This document shows, one piece after another, positions 1 to 11,589 of a stretch of DNA of 64,000 bases. The stretch comes from Chiloscyllium plagiosum (taxonomy: Eukaryota). A program made the position numbers and the translations under genes. The stretch is taken from contig NC_057719.1 of NCBI RefSeq assembly GCF_004010195.1, positions 749,417 to 813,416 on the forward strand. Reading direction: 5' to 3'. A model generated the notes under the pieces. The model was not told where the DNA came from, made no database searches, and saw nothing but the letters and a program-made list of their open reading frames with translations. Positions within the stretch are counted from its first letter, which is position 1. Every line of letters starts with the position of its first letter.

Positions 1-475
1 GTTCAGAAAAGATTTACAAGGATGTTGCCAGGATTAGAGGATTTGAGCTACAGGGAGAGGCTGAACAGGCTGGGGCTGTTTTCCCTGGAGCGTCGGAGGC
101 TGAGGGGTGACCTTATAGAGGTTTGCAAAGTTATGAGGGGCATAGATAGGGTAAATAGACAAAGTCTTTTCCCTGGGGTCACGGAGTCCAGAACTAGAGG
201 ACATAAGTTTAAGGTGAGAGGGGAAAGATATAAAAGAGACCTAAGGGGCAACTTTTTCACGCAGAAGGTGGTACGAGTATGGAATGAGCTGCCAGAGGAA
301 ATGGTGGAGGCTGGTACAATTACAACATTTAAAAGGCATCTGGATGGGTATATGAATAGGAAGGATTTGGAGGGATATGGGCCAAGTGCTGGCAAATGGG
401 AGTAGACTAATTTAGGATATCTGGTCAGCATGGACGAATTGGACCGAAGGGTCTGCTTCCATGCTGCACATCTTA
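1..475 (+). mobile_element. CR1/HER1-type LINE 3' fragment (ORF2 C-terminus plus 3' tail)
   Basis: ORF 22-405 has the CR1 C-terminal motifs [18 protein letters not shown] and FFTQKVVRVWNELP; tail ggaccgaagggtctg. Confidence 0.9.
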
Positions 476-479
476 GTCA

Positions 480-1250
480 TTAAGAAGGCAATTGGAGTTT
501 CGGCCTTTATTGCTAGGGGTTTGGAGTTTAAAAATAGGGAAGTCTTGTTACAACTGTACAGAGTATTGGAGAGTCCACAGCTAGACCACAGTGTATTCCA
601 TGTTTAAGAGTCTGATATTGGAGACAGTTCAACAGAGATTACAAGGCTGATTGCTGGGATGAAGGGGTCGACTTGTTAAGAACAATGAAGGAGGTTCAGC
701 TTTAATTCATTGAAGTTTAGAAGGATGAGGGGTGAACTTATTGAAACATTAAGTTTCTGAGGGGTCTTGCCGGGTGGGTATTGAGAAGATATTTCTCGTA
801 GGGGAGTCTCGAAGAGGGGGGTGTTGGGGGGTGACATAGTTACAGTTGAAGGGGACTCTCATTTAAAACTGAGATCTGAAGGGATTTCTTTTTCCAGATG
901 GTAAGGAATGTCTGGAACACTCTATCCTCAAGACTGTATGGATGTATGGAATGAGCTGCCAGAGGATGTAGTGGAGGCTGGTACAACTGCAACATTTAAG
1001 AGGCGTTTGGATGGGTGTATGAATAGGAAGGGTTTGGAGGGAAATGGCCAAGTGCTGGCAGGTGGGACTAGATTGGGTTGGGATATCTGGTCGGCATGGA
1101 CAGGTTGGACCGAAGGGTCTGTCTCCATGCTGTACATCTCTATGACTCTATGACCTGTGGAGGTTAGATCAGTGGAAGTAGTTAAAGAGGAGGTAGATAT
1201 CTGAAATATCAGGGAGTTGAGGACTATAAGGAGTTAGCTGGAATTGCTGG
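480..1250 (+). mobile_element. Older degenerate CR1 fragment with a younger CR1 3' end nested at ~935-1153
   Basis: Decayed CR1 ORF2 sequence broken by a WNELPEDVVEAGT block ending in a ctctatgactctatga tail. Confidence 0.75.
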
Positions 1251-1329
1251 ATCTGTTTGAAGTCTGTGAAAGTGTCACACAGCAAGATAGAGGTTATTGT
1301 CCATGTGAAGGTGGGACTTCGTCTCCACA

Positions 1330-2400
1330 AGGACAATGCGGTGGTCACTCTTACTGATACTGATTGGTAAGGATGAGGTGAAGGATGTTGTCCCCTCACC
1401 ACCTGCTGCAGACCCAGTCTAGCAGACCAGCTTTCTCTGTAGCACTGCAGCCAAGCCACTTTTGGTGGTGGACATTGAAGTCCCCCACCCAGGGTACATT
1501 TTGTGCCCTTGCCACCCTCAGCACTTCAGCTAAGTATCCTTCAACATGAAGGAGTACAGATTCACCAGCTGAGGGATGTCAGTATGTGTAATCTTGCCCA
1601 TGTTAACCTGATGCTGCGAGATGTCAGGAGGTCCAGAGTTGATGTTGAGGTCTCCCAGGGCAACTCCCTCCCGACTGTATCCCACTGTGCCGCCCCCTCT
1701 GCTGGGTCTATCCTGTTGTGGGACAGGACACAAATTTATCTCTGAAAGTTGCCACCCAGGTAAATAGTGCGGTGAAGGAGGCATATGGCGTACTGGCTTT
1801 TATTGGTAGAGGAATTGAGTTCCGGAGCCCTGAGGTCATGTTGCAGTTGTATAAGACTCTGGTGCGGCCGCATCTGGAGTATTGTGTGCAGTTTTGGTCG
1901 CCATACTATAGGAAGGATGGGGAGGCACTGGAACGGGTGCAGAGGAGGATTACCAGGATGCATAGTTTTAAATTAAGGGGTGGTAGGTATAGGACAGATG
2001 TTAGGGGTAGGTTCTTTACTCAGAGAGTCGTGAGTTCATGGAATGCGCTGCCAGTAGCAGTGGTGGACTCTCCCTCTTTAAGGGCATTTAAACGGGCATT
2101 GGATAGGCATATGGAGGATAGTGGGCTAGTGTAGGTTAGGTGGGCTTGGATCGGCGCAACATCGAGGGCCAAAGGGCCTGTACTGCGCTGTATTTTTCTA
2201 TGTTCTATGTTCTATAGGATATATCCACAGATGATGATGGTGGCGTCTGGGACACTGTCTGTAAGGTATGATTCCATGAGTATGACTGTGTCAGGCTGTT
2301 GCTGATCTAGTATGTGTGCTAACTTTCCCAATCTTGGCACTAGCCCCCAGACGTTACTAAAGAGGAATTGTGCAGGGTCAATAAGGCTGTTTCCGCTATT
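1330..2400 (-). mobile_element. Second CR1/L2-group LINE, AP-endonuclease region, interrupted by a CR1 insertion at ~1735-2215
   Basis: Minus-strand QDRPSRGGGTVGYSREGVALG is an APE-like R..RGGG motif; the host sequence resumes after 2215. Confidence 0.6.
1735..2215 (+). mobile_element. CR1 3' fragment with an internal deletion
   Basis: [19 protein letters not shown]...ITRM is joined directly to HSFKLRGG...FFTQRVV; tail (ttctatg)n. Confidence 0.88.
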
Positions 2401-2600
2401 GTCTTTCTCAGTGCCTTAATAAATGTCCAGTGGTCCATATAGATTGCAGCTTAAGACCTTTTTGTAGTTTGATACAATTGAGTGTTTGGTAGGCCATTTC
2501 AGAAGGAAGTGAAAACCCATCTGGGTCACTAATGTCCTTTAGGGAAGGAAATTGTCATCTTTACCCAGTCTGGCCTACATGTGACTCCAGACCCACAGTA

Positions 2601-2935
2601 GAGTCATCAGGTCATAGAGACGTACAGCACAGAAACAGACCCTTCAGTCCAATTCATCCATGCCAACCAGATATCCTAAATTAATCTTATCCCATTCGCC
2701 AGCAGTTGACCCATATCCCTCTAAACCCTTCCTATTCATATACCCATCCAGATGCCTTTTAAATGTTGTAATTGTATCAGCCTCCATCACTTCCTCTGGC
2801 AGCTCATTCCACACACGTACCACCCTCTGTGTGAAAAAGTTACCCCCTCAGGTCTTTTTTAAACCTTTCCCCCTCTCACCCTGACCCTGGGCCCTCTACC
2901 CCCCCCCCAGGGAAAAGACCTTGTCTGTTTACCAA
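2601..2935 (-). mobile_element. CR1 3' end inserted in a SINE fragment (~2510-3030, +)
   Basis: Reverse complement of the tail seen at 1-475. The flank ggcctacatgtgactccagacccacag recurs at ~37850 and ~41170. Confidence 0.8.
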
Positions 2936-3954
2936 AGTGACGATTCTGAACAACATTCTGAAATGCCTGAGTAAGCCACATGATGCACGATCAATTAACA
3001 ACTGGGCAACAAGTGCTGACTTTGGCAGCAATGAATTAGATTGATTTGAATTGAATTAGTTTTATTGTCAAATGTACTCACAGGAGTGCACCAAAAAAGT
3101 GCATCAGTTGCCACTTATGGCCATCTTAAGTACAAAGGTCCCTGGGTACCGATCATTGAGAGCAAATTCTGAGGGAAAAATGTTGGAAAAATAAATAAAA
3201 ATTACACCGTTTCAGACCTTTAAGAGTACAAAACCACAGTAATAAATAAGTAAAAGACAGAGAAATAAAATGGTCAGAATAATAGTCCCCTTGATAATCT
3301 AGAAAAAAAAAGAAATTTTACAAAAAGAGAAATTTGTCCATTTCACGACTCTGGGTTTGAACTTATTGAAACGTACAGGGTTGTTTGGGGATTTGACGGG
3401 GGAGATGTGAAGAGGTTGTGAGATTCTCTCTATCTCAGTCTCAAAACACACACAGAAGATCTGTCTCCACCTCTCCATAGACACTTCATCATCTGTAAGG
3501 TATCTCTTTACCTCATCTATGTCTTAATTGGGCAAAACCTTACTTTGAAATAATGATCCCTAGTTCTAGCCTTCACATTGCAAAGGGTGTCACAGAGGAA
3601 AGGTTGAGAGCTGATCTCACTTTTGTGTGAAAGGTATTTTGGAAAGAAAATTCATTCTGAAAATAAAATAAGTTGATGCAACTCACCAATTGTCAGTTTG
3701 CTTTACAAAGAGAAATGCCTGCTCTGTGAATTTATCAGATAATCTGGAAGAGGTTTCTGGTGTTATGATGGGAATATGGAATATTGTGTTGTTGTGGGAA
3801 TAAGGATAGTAGTTTTCTGATGACTGCTTTGTAACTTTTTTCAACTTGTGTAAAAATAAACTTTTTAAAGAACAAATAATGGAGGGTCTTTTACTAATGG
3901 GTTGTATTCTAATGCGTGCTATAAAGGGGAAACAACAACACATTTATTTCTTTG

Positions 3955-4990
3955 ACCATAAGATATAGGAACAGAAGTAGGCCATTCAGCCCATCGAGTC
4001 TGCTCGAGTATTCAGTGTAATCCTGGCTGATCTGATAATCCTCAACTCCACTTTCCTGCCTTCTCCCCGGAATCCTCAATCCCTTCCTGATTAAAACCTG
4101 TTTCTCTCAGTCTCGATTATACTCAATGCTCCAGCCTCAACGGCCCTTGGTGGGAAGGAATTCCTCAGATTCACTCCCCTCAGAGAGAAGAAAGTCCTCC
4201 TCATTCCCAGCCCTAACTTGGCAACCCCTTACTCTGAGAAGCTGCCCTCTGGGCCTATACTCTCCCACAAGGGATCAACCTCTCCACCTCTGCCTTGTCA
4301 AACCCTCTAAGAATCTTGTCTGTTTCAATAAGGTCGCCTGTCATCCTTCTAAACTCCAGTGAGTACAGGCCCAACCTACTCAACCTCTCCCCATGAGATA
4401 GTCCCTCCATCTCTGGAAGCAGCCGAGTGACCCTGCTCTGGACTGCCCCCAATGCCAGCCTGTCTTTCTGTAGATAAAGGGGAATTAATCTATTCACAGT
4501 ATTCGAGATGTGGTCTGACTAGTGCCCATTTTTATACTCCACTGAATGTGCATGTTGGCTCTCTGTGATTCATGCACAAGCATTCCCAAATCCTTCCGCA
4601 GTCTTTCCCCGTGTAAATAATATTCAGCTCCTCTATTCTTCCTGCGAAAGTGCTGAACCTCACATTTCCCTACATTACATTCCATTGGCCAAGTTTTTGT
4701 CCAGTCGCTTAACCCTATTTCCAGGCAGGTTAACAAAGGTGAACAAGTTTCTCTCTGCAGATACTGTGCCATCCTCATTATCTGCCTTCCCAACTATTTG
4801 GCTCATCCATTGACTTGGCAAGAAAACACTTACTTTCCTCAACATTAAGAAATGTTGTAAATAATTGTGGCCCCAGCATGGATCCCAGTGACATCCCACT
4901 ACCCCAACATTCTCCATTCCCTCAGCTAACAAATCCTCACTCTCCATGGTAATATATTAACCTCAACATCATGGACTCATTATTAACTGC
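3955..4990 (-). mobile_element. Degenerate CR1 fragments (3' end plus RT region)
   Basis: ERLSRLGLYSLEFRRMTGDLIETDKIL and WPMECNVGKCEVQHF on the minus strand. Confidence 0.8.
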
Positions 4991-5061
4991 AGGTCTACTT
5001 TTTTTTATATAATAGTCTCATGTTTATATATATTTTTAAATTAACCCCCCCACCAAAGTGA

Positions 5062-5508
5062 TTCACTTTGGGAAGAAAAACAAAAAGATGGGGTACTGGG
5101 CTAATGGTCGGATACTTGGTAGTGTGGATGAGCAGAGGGATCTTGGTGTCCATGTACACAGATCTCCGAAAGTTGCCACCCAGGTAAATAGTGCGGTGAA
5201 AAAAGCATATGGCGTATAGGCTTTTATTGGTCGAGGAATTGAGTTCCGGAGTCCTGAGGTCATGATGCAGTTGTATAAAACTCTGGTGCGGCCACATCTG
5301 GAATATTGTGTGCAGTTTTGGTCGCCATACTATAGGAAGGATGTGGAGGCACTGGAACGGGTGCAGAGGAGGTTTACCAGGATGTTGCCTGGTATGGAAG
5401 AAAAATCGTATGAGGAAAGACTGAGGCACTTGGGGCTGTTTTCACTAGAGAAAAGAAGGTTTAGGGGTGACTTGATTGAGGTGTACAAGATGATTAGGGG
5501 GTGAGATA
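5062..5508 (+). mobile_element. CR1 ORF2 fragment running into an assembly gap
   Basis: ORF 5262-5504 [38 protein letters not shown]. Confidence 0.9.
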
Positions 5509-6186
5509 NNNNNNNNNNNNNNNNNNNNNNNNNNNNNNNNNNNNNNNNNNNNNNNNNNNNNNNNNNNNNNNNNNNNNNNNNNNNNNNNNNNNNNNNNNNN
5601 NNNNNNNNNNNNNNNNNNNNNNNNNNNNNNNNNNNNNNNNNNNNNNNNNNNNNNNNNNNNNNNNNNNNNNNNNNNNNNNNNNNNNNNNNNNNNNNNNNNN
5701 NNNNNNNNNNNNNNNNNNNNNNNNNNNNNNNNNNNNNNNNNNNNNNNNNNNNNNNNNNNNNNNNNNNNNNNNNNNNNNNNNNNNNNNNNNNNNNNNNNNN
5801 NNNNNNNNNNNNNNNNNNNNNNNNNNNNNNNNNNNNNNNNNNNNNNNNNNNNNNNNNNNNNNNNNNNNNNNNNNNNNNNNNNNNNNNNNNNNNNNNNNNN
5901 NNNNNNNNNNNNNNNNNNNNNNNNNNNNNNNNNNNNNNNNNNNNNNNNNNNNNNNNNNNNNNNNNNNNNNNNNNNNNNNNNNNNNNNNNNNNNNNNNNNN
6001 NNNNNNNNNNNNNNNNNNNNNNNNNNNNNNNNNNNNNNNNNNNNNNNNNNNNNNNNNNNNNNNNNNNNNNNNNNNNNNNNNNNNNNNNNNNNNNNNNNNN
6101 NNNNNNNNNNNNNNNNNNNNNNNNNNNNNNNNNNNNNNNNNNNNNNNNNNNNNNNNNNNNNNNNNNNNNNNNNNNNNNNNNNNNNN
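5509..6186. other. Assembly gap (others at ~24322-24345, 25445-25914, 27193-27959, 28754-28811, 34315-35194)
   Basis: Runs of N. Confidence 1.
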
Positions 6187-6580
6187 CACTGCCCTTCACA
6201 TCAGAGGGCAGTGCTGTGTGATCAAAACAGTGAAGGGGTGGGTAGGGACTAAATCAAAATAGAGTTGGAGGGAGAAATGATGCACTCCACTCCCTGTGGC
6301 GCCCACCTCTCCCTGAACAACTCCAGGGTGTTGGTCGACGCCGCGTGCTCCTTCTCCAAGGACACCCGGGCTCTAACGTAACCGCGGAAGAGGGGCAGGC
6401 AGTCGGCCGTAATGACCCTCTCCACGGCCCGCTGCCTGGACCTGTTTATGGCCAGTTTGGCCAGGCCCAGGAGCAGACCCACGAGGAGGTCTTCAGACCT
6501 GCCCTCCCTCCTCCGTACCGGGTGCCCAAAGATCAGGAGCGTGGGACTGAAGTGCAACCAAAAACAGAGGAGGAGGTAAC
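6187..6580 (-). mobile_element. Tx1-clade LINE, ORF2 C-terminus and 3' UTR
   Basis: ORF 6249-6557 (LLLGLAKLAINRSRQ...DCLPLFRGYVRARVSLE...FRERW) resembles the Tx1 ORF2 C-terminus; GC-rich with CpGs retained. Confidence 0.75.
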
Positions 6581-6659
6581 TGCGGGTCTAATGTGCAGTG
6601 CCTTGTTAAATACCTTTTGTGAAGACAATTTCCATAAATCCCATAATCAATCAACATAA

Positions 6660-7366
6660 TCTGTTAACATATGGTTAATGGCATTGATAAAATGAGGTTG
6701 ATGACATTGTCAATGTGTGGCTAATGACATTGTCAGCATGTGGTTAATAGCATTGTTAATGTGTGGTTAATTACATTATTAATGTGTGGTTAATTACATT
6801 CTTAACGTGTGATTAATGACATTGTTAATGTGTGATTAATGACAATGTTAATGTGTGGTTAATTACAATGTTAATGAGTGGTTATCCACAATGTTCACAT
6901 GTGGTTAATGACATTGTTAAACTGTGATTAATTACACTATTAACATGTGGTTAATTACATTGTTAATGAGTGGTTATCGACAATGTCCACATGTGGTTAA
7001 TAACATTATTAATGCGTGGTTAATGACATTGTCAATGTGTGGTTAATTAAATTATTAACATGTAGTTAATGCCATTGTTGATTTGTGGTTAATTACATTG
7101 TTATTGTTTGGTTAATTACATTATTAACGTGCGGTTAACGACATTGTTAATGTGTGGTTAATTACATTATTAATATGTGGTTAATTACTTTGTTAATGGG
7201 TGATTAGTGACTTTATTATCGTGTGTTTAATGACATTGTTAATGTGTGGTTAATTACATTATTAACATGTGGTTAATCACATTGTCAATGTGTAGATAAT
7301 TGTATTATTAATGTGTGTTTAATGACATTGTTACCGTGTGGTTAATGACATTGTTACCGTGTGGTT
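6660..7366. repeat. AT-rich minisatellite, 23-bp unit ~GTGTGGTTAATTACATTGTTAAT, about 30 copies
   Basis: tggtt recurs at 6741, 6764, 6787 and onward. Confidence 0.95.
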
Positions 7367-7555
7367 CTATACAGTACGGAAACAGACCCTTGGGTCCAAC
7401 TCAGCTTTGCTAACCACGTTTCCCAAACTGGACAGGTCCCATTTGCCAGCATTCGGCCTGTATCCTGCTAGACCCTTCCTATTCATATACCCATTCGGAT
7501 GCCTTTTAAATGTTGTAATCGTCCCAACCTCGATCATTTCCTCTGGCAGCACACT

Positions 7556-7862
7556 GAGTGGCACAGTGGTTAGCACTACTGCCTTATAGCACCGGGGACC
7601 CTGGTTCAATCCCTGCCTTGGGCGACTGTGTGGAGTTTGCACGTTCTCCCCATGTCTATGTGGGTTTGGTCCAGTTTTCTCCCACAATCCAGGGATATAT
7701 TGGCCAAGCTATGTTGCTGATAGTTTTCAGGGATGTGTAGTTTCGGTGAATTAGTCAGGGGTAAGTGCAGGGAGATGGGTCTGGGTGCATTACTGTTTGG
7801 TGGGTCAGTGTGGACTTGGTTGGCCAAATGGCCTGTTCCCATGCTGTAGGGAATCTAATCTT
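7556..7862 (+). mobile_element. HE1-type V-SINE
   Basis: tRNA-like A box tggcacagtgg, B box ggttcaatcc, V-domain gtggagtttgcacgttctcccc, tail aatctaatc. Confidence 0.85.
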
Positions 7863-8181
7863 AATAGAATTCTACACAAGCACCACCTTCTGCATGAAAA
7901 TGTTACCCTCAGGTCCCTTTTAAATCTTCCTCCTCTCCCTTGATCTCTCAGTTTGAATTCCTGTACTTTTTGCTATTTACCCTAACCTTGCCCCTCATGA
8001 TTTTATTCACCTCTATAAGGTCACCCCTCAGCCTCTGACAATCCAGGCAAAGATGTCCCAGTCTATCCAGCCTCCCTTTGTAACTTAAACCTCCAGTCTA
8101 CGTAGCACCTTTGTCAAATCTTTCTGCACCTTTTCTAGTTTAACAACATCTTTCCTTTGGCAAGGCGACCAGAATTGCGTA

Positions 8182-8331
8182 CAGGTCGTTCTGCTATAAC
8201 ACGCTATTTCATTAACAAGAATTCGCAGTAATGTGATTGATGAACTGGGGACACTGTTCCTAAAGCACAACCTTTTAAGATAAGTGTTGGCTGGCATGCA
8301 ATTATCTCGCCAACACTTTAAGCACTGTTTC
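8182..8331 (+). mobile_element. One end of a Tigger/pogo-like (Tc1/mariner) DNA transposon
   Basis: Begins TA|CAGGTCGTTCTGCTATAAC and interrupts CR1 sequence; no second TIR seen. Confidence 0.5.
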
Positions 8332-8894
8332 CATTCCAAAAGTGGCCTCACCAATGTTTTGTACAGCCGTAACCTGCTGTCGGAACTCCTGTACTCAATG
8401 TACTGATCCCACAGCTTGCAACCCCTGGACAATGTGGTCAACCTAGCCTGCACATCTTTGGACTTTCAATAAGTAAGGACATACTCATTAATATGTTACA
8501 AACTGTGTATATTCCTTATTATTTTTCAATTCACCAAAATAAAGAGTTAAATGTGTACCTCATGTATAAGTGATGTAACATTAATGCTGATTTTCTGAGA
8601 GTTATGATTACTGTCACTGGGCAAGATATAATTTGTAAATAGCTTCCCAAAAACCTTCATAAAAATTGAGTGCAGGATGTAGTGTGTCAGCTCAGTAAAC
8701 AATTCACAGACTAGCTGCCTCTTTGTACCTTGTGTCTCAATACATCAAAATATTCAGTTCAATTCAGTTCAGTTCAATATTGAACCTCTCTGCTCTCCCT
8801 GATCGCCTCCTCATTCCCACCTGTCCTCTCCTTTCAGTCTGCTAATTATTTGAGTGCTTTTCTATTTATCTTCCATTGGAAGGGTCACACACAG

Positions 8895-9680
8895 AGTCAA
8901 CATTTATTGCTTGTCCCTAGTTACCCTTGAGAAAGTGGTGGGAATTGCATGCTGTGGGTTGACCCACAATGCCCTAAGGGAGGGAATTCCAGGATTTTGT
9001 CCCAGTGACACTGAAGGAATGGTGATATATTTCCAAGTCAGGATGGTGAGGGGCTCGGAGGGGAACTTGCAGGGGCTGGTGTTCCCATGTATCTCCTGCC
9101 CTTGTCCTTCTAGATGGAAGTGGCCGTGGGTTAGGAAGGTGCTGTCTGAGGATCTTTGGTGAGTTTCTGCAGTGTATCTTGTAGATGGTACACACTGCTG
9201 CTACTGAGTGTCGGTGGGGGAGGGAGTGGGTGTTTGTGGATGTGGTGCCAATCAAGTGGCTGCTTTGTCCTGGATGGTGTCAAGCTTCTTGAGTGTTGTT
9301 GGAGCTGCCCCCATCCAGGGCAAGTGGGGAGGATTCCATCACACTCCTGACTTGTGCCTTGTAGATGGTGGACAGGCTTTGGGGAGTCTGGAGGTGAGTT
9401 ACTTACTGCAGTATTCCTCTAGGTAAAAACCCTATTCCTGACAAAGGGCTTTTGCCCGAAACGTCGATTTTCCTGCTACTTGGATGCTGCCTGATCTGCT
9501 ATGCTTTTCCAGCACCACTCTAATCTAGACCCCGCAGTATTCCCAGCCTCTGACCTGTTCTTGTAGCCACTGTGTTTATGTGGTGAGTCCTGTTGAGTTT
9601 GTGGTCCATGGTAAACCCCAGGATGTTGATGGTAACACCATTGGATGTTAAGAGGTGATGGTTAGATTATCTTTTCTTGG
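8895..9680 (-). mobile_element. 3' part of the second CR1/L2-group LINE family
   Basis: HSLPHRHSVAAVCTIYKIHCRNSPKILRQHLP; same family at ~42380-43190, 52320-52875, 55660-55875. Confidence 0.8.
9418..9533 (+). mobile_element. Short Penelope-derived insert with a degenerate hammerhead motif (9438-9465)
   Basis: CTGACAA-AGGGC-TTTT-GCCC-GAAACGTC; TSD gcagtattcc at 9408-9417 and 9534-9543. Confidence 0.75.
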
Positions 9681-10147
9681 AGAAGGAGAAGGTCTGGCCC
9701 CGATTGAGAAGGATGGCAGCATGATATTAGTGAGAGGTCTCAGGCTGAATCAGTCCAGCTGGAGATTAGGAACAGCAGGAGTCAGGAATCTCTGGCCCAG
9801 ACAGTGTTTCTATCGCTGGAACAAAGCAAGAAAAACCCTATTGCTGAAATGAGGAGCAAAGTCACCGTGAACACTGTCTGCCCTGGTTCTCAGCTCTGGC
9901 TGCTTTTAAATCTCTGGGTTCACGCCCAGCTTTGGTTTCCAAAATGGCCATCTTCATTCATGTTGTCATTCCGGATACAGCCACCCTGCACGTTTATTCC
10001 CTACATTTGTCTACCGCCAGATTTGTTTGAATTTGAATCTGAATCCACACCTTCCTCTTCAGTGATGGATGGGTTCAGGGTTCTGAATGTCATGAATCGC
10101 ACTCTGGGCAATCAAAGCTGAGAAAGGGCTGGCTTTAACAATGCTGA

Positions 10148-10366
10148 GGCGAAAGTGGGGACTGCAGATGCTGGAGATTAGAGTCAAGATTAGAGTGGTG
10201 CTGGAAAAGCACAGCAGGTCAGGCAGCATCCGAGAAGCAGGAAAATCGACGTTTCGGGCAAAATCCCTACATTAGGAATGAAGGCAGGGAGCCTGAAGGG
10301 TGGAGAGATAAATGGGAGGGGGGTGGGGGGTGGGGAGAAAGTAGCATAGAGTACAATAGGTGGATG
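10148..10366 (-). mobile_element. Penelope terminal-repeat fragment with a decayed hammerhead (10248-10275)
   Basis: Same family as 9418-9533 and 60913-61113; minus strand reads CTAATGT-AGGGA-TTTT-GCCC-GAAACGTC. Confidence 0.7.
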
Positions 10367-10384
10367 GGACTAGTAATCCAGAGG

Positions 10385-10529
10385 TGAAAATGTGTTGCTG
10401 GAAAAACGCAGCAGGTCAGGCAGCATCCCAAGGAGCAGGAGAATCGACGTTTCGGGCATGAGCCCTTCTTCAGGAATGAGGAAAGTGTGTCCAGCAGGCT
10501 AAGATAAAAGGTAGGGAGGAGGGACTTGG
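10385..10529 (-). mobile_element. Penelope-derived insert inside a tRNA-SINE head
   Basis: Perfect 12-bp TSD gtaatccagagg at 10373-10384 and 10530-10541. Confidence 0.8.
10446..10473 (-). ncRNA. Minimal type I hammerhead ribozyme motif with an intact core
   Basis: Minus strand CUGAAGA-A-GGGC-UCAU-GCCC-GAAA-CGUC; all core nucleotides and a GUC triplet are present. Confidence 0.8.
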
Positions 10530-10844
10530 GTAATCCAGAGGCCCTGACTCATTCTCTGGGATGAGGGTTCAAATTCCAGCTGGTGGAATTTAATTTCAAA
10601 CATTAACATCCGAATGAAAAGGCTCCTCTTTGTTATGACCATGATCAACAATCATTCGTTGCTGTAAAACCCCATTGGGTTCACAAAGGCCAGCAGGTCA
10701 GTAGCCACTCCTGCTTATATGTCACCTCAGATCAATGTGGTTACTCTGACCTCTGCCCTCTGCCCTCTGAAATGGCCCAAGCCGGTCACTCAGATCGAGG
10801 GGAATTAGGGAATGGTGCCAAATGCTGGTCATGTTCCGTTTGGG

Positions 10845-11020
10845 GCGCAGGGTAGTCAGTGAGTAGCACTCTTGTCTTTTTGCCTGAGGTTTAAACCACC
10901 TCCAGCATCCAGCCCAGCGGTGCCCGTGCCAGGGTTGGGGGAGAGCAGCACTGCCAGCAGTACCATCTTTCTGTTAAGACACTAATCCGAGGCCCAGTCT
11001 GTGCGGCTGATGAATAAAGA
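10845..11020 (+). mobile_element. Old DeuSINE (SacSINE1-like) fragment
   Basis: Degenerate match to my recollection of the consensus (gcactg...tctttc...aatccgaggcccagtctg); a similar minus copy lies at ~30600-30770. Confidence 0.4.
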
Positions 11021-11589
11021 CCAACTGAGGATGTAACACTTGAGACAGGCGACAATAAACAGGAACCTTACCTGACTTTATCAGGAAGTTAGCTGGCGAA
11101 ATTATTTCAGTCTGTGAGCCAATGGGTTTGAATGAGCAGCTGAAGAATCATTACAGCTATTATAGATCTCACCGACAAATTACATTGAATTCAGGAATCC
11201 AAACCTGCCTTATAACAATGGCTGTTCCTGCTCACGGTGTCATCTCGCAATCAGATATTCTATTATCTCTTTAGAGAGTTACATCTCTCCTCTAATGGGA
11301 GAAAGATAGAGAGAGGCCACTCGTCCCTTTCAATTTGAATGGTTTATTGTCACTTTGCATTTCACGGTGAATTTACAGTAAAATACATTGAAAAGCCTCT
11401 TCCATTGTCCCAATCCGAGGTTATTTTGAATAATTTAAGAATAAAGAGAAGCCGACACAGAGTCTACCTTCGCTCCACCGTCTCCACCGCGGGCCCTGAG
11501 CTGGTTCACCAGTGACACCAGCCCCTCCCCCAACCACCAAACCCTGGCCTGCCCAGGCCCACCCATCTCTGAGGCACTACACCTCAGGC

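Larger units (their letters stand above)
7364..8410 (-). mobile_element. CR1 3' fragment interrupted by an HE1 SINE and a DNA-transposon fragment
   Basis: LPEEMIEVGTITTFKRH and LYKTLVRPLLE on the minus strand, in separate pieces. Confidence 0.8.

Noticed and set aside
5330..6262. Long ORFs spanning N-runs (also at 25.2-26.0, 27.1-28.0 and 34.2-35.3 kb)
   Set aside because: Gap artefacts.
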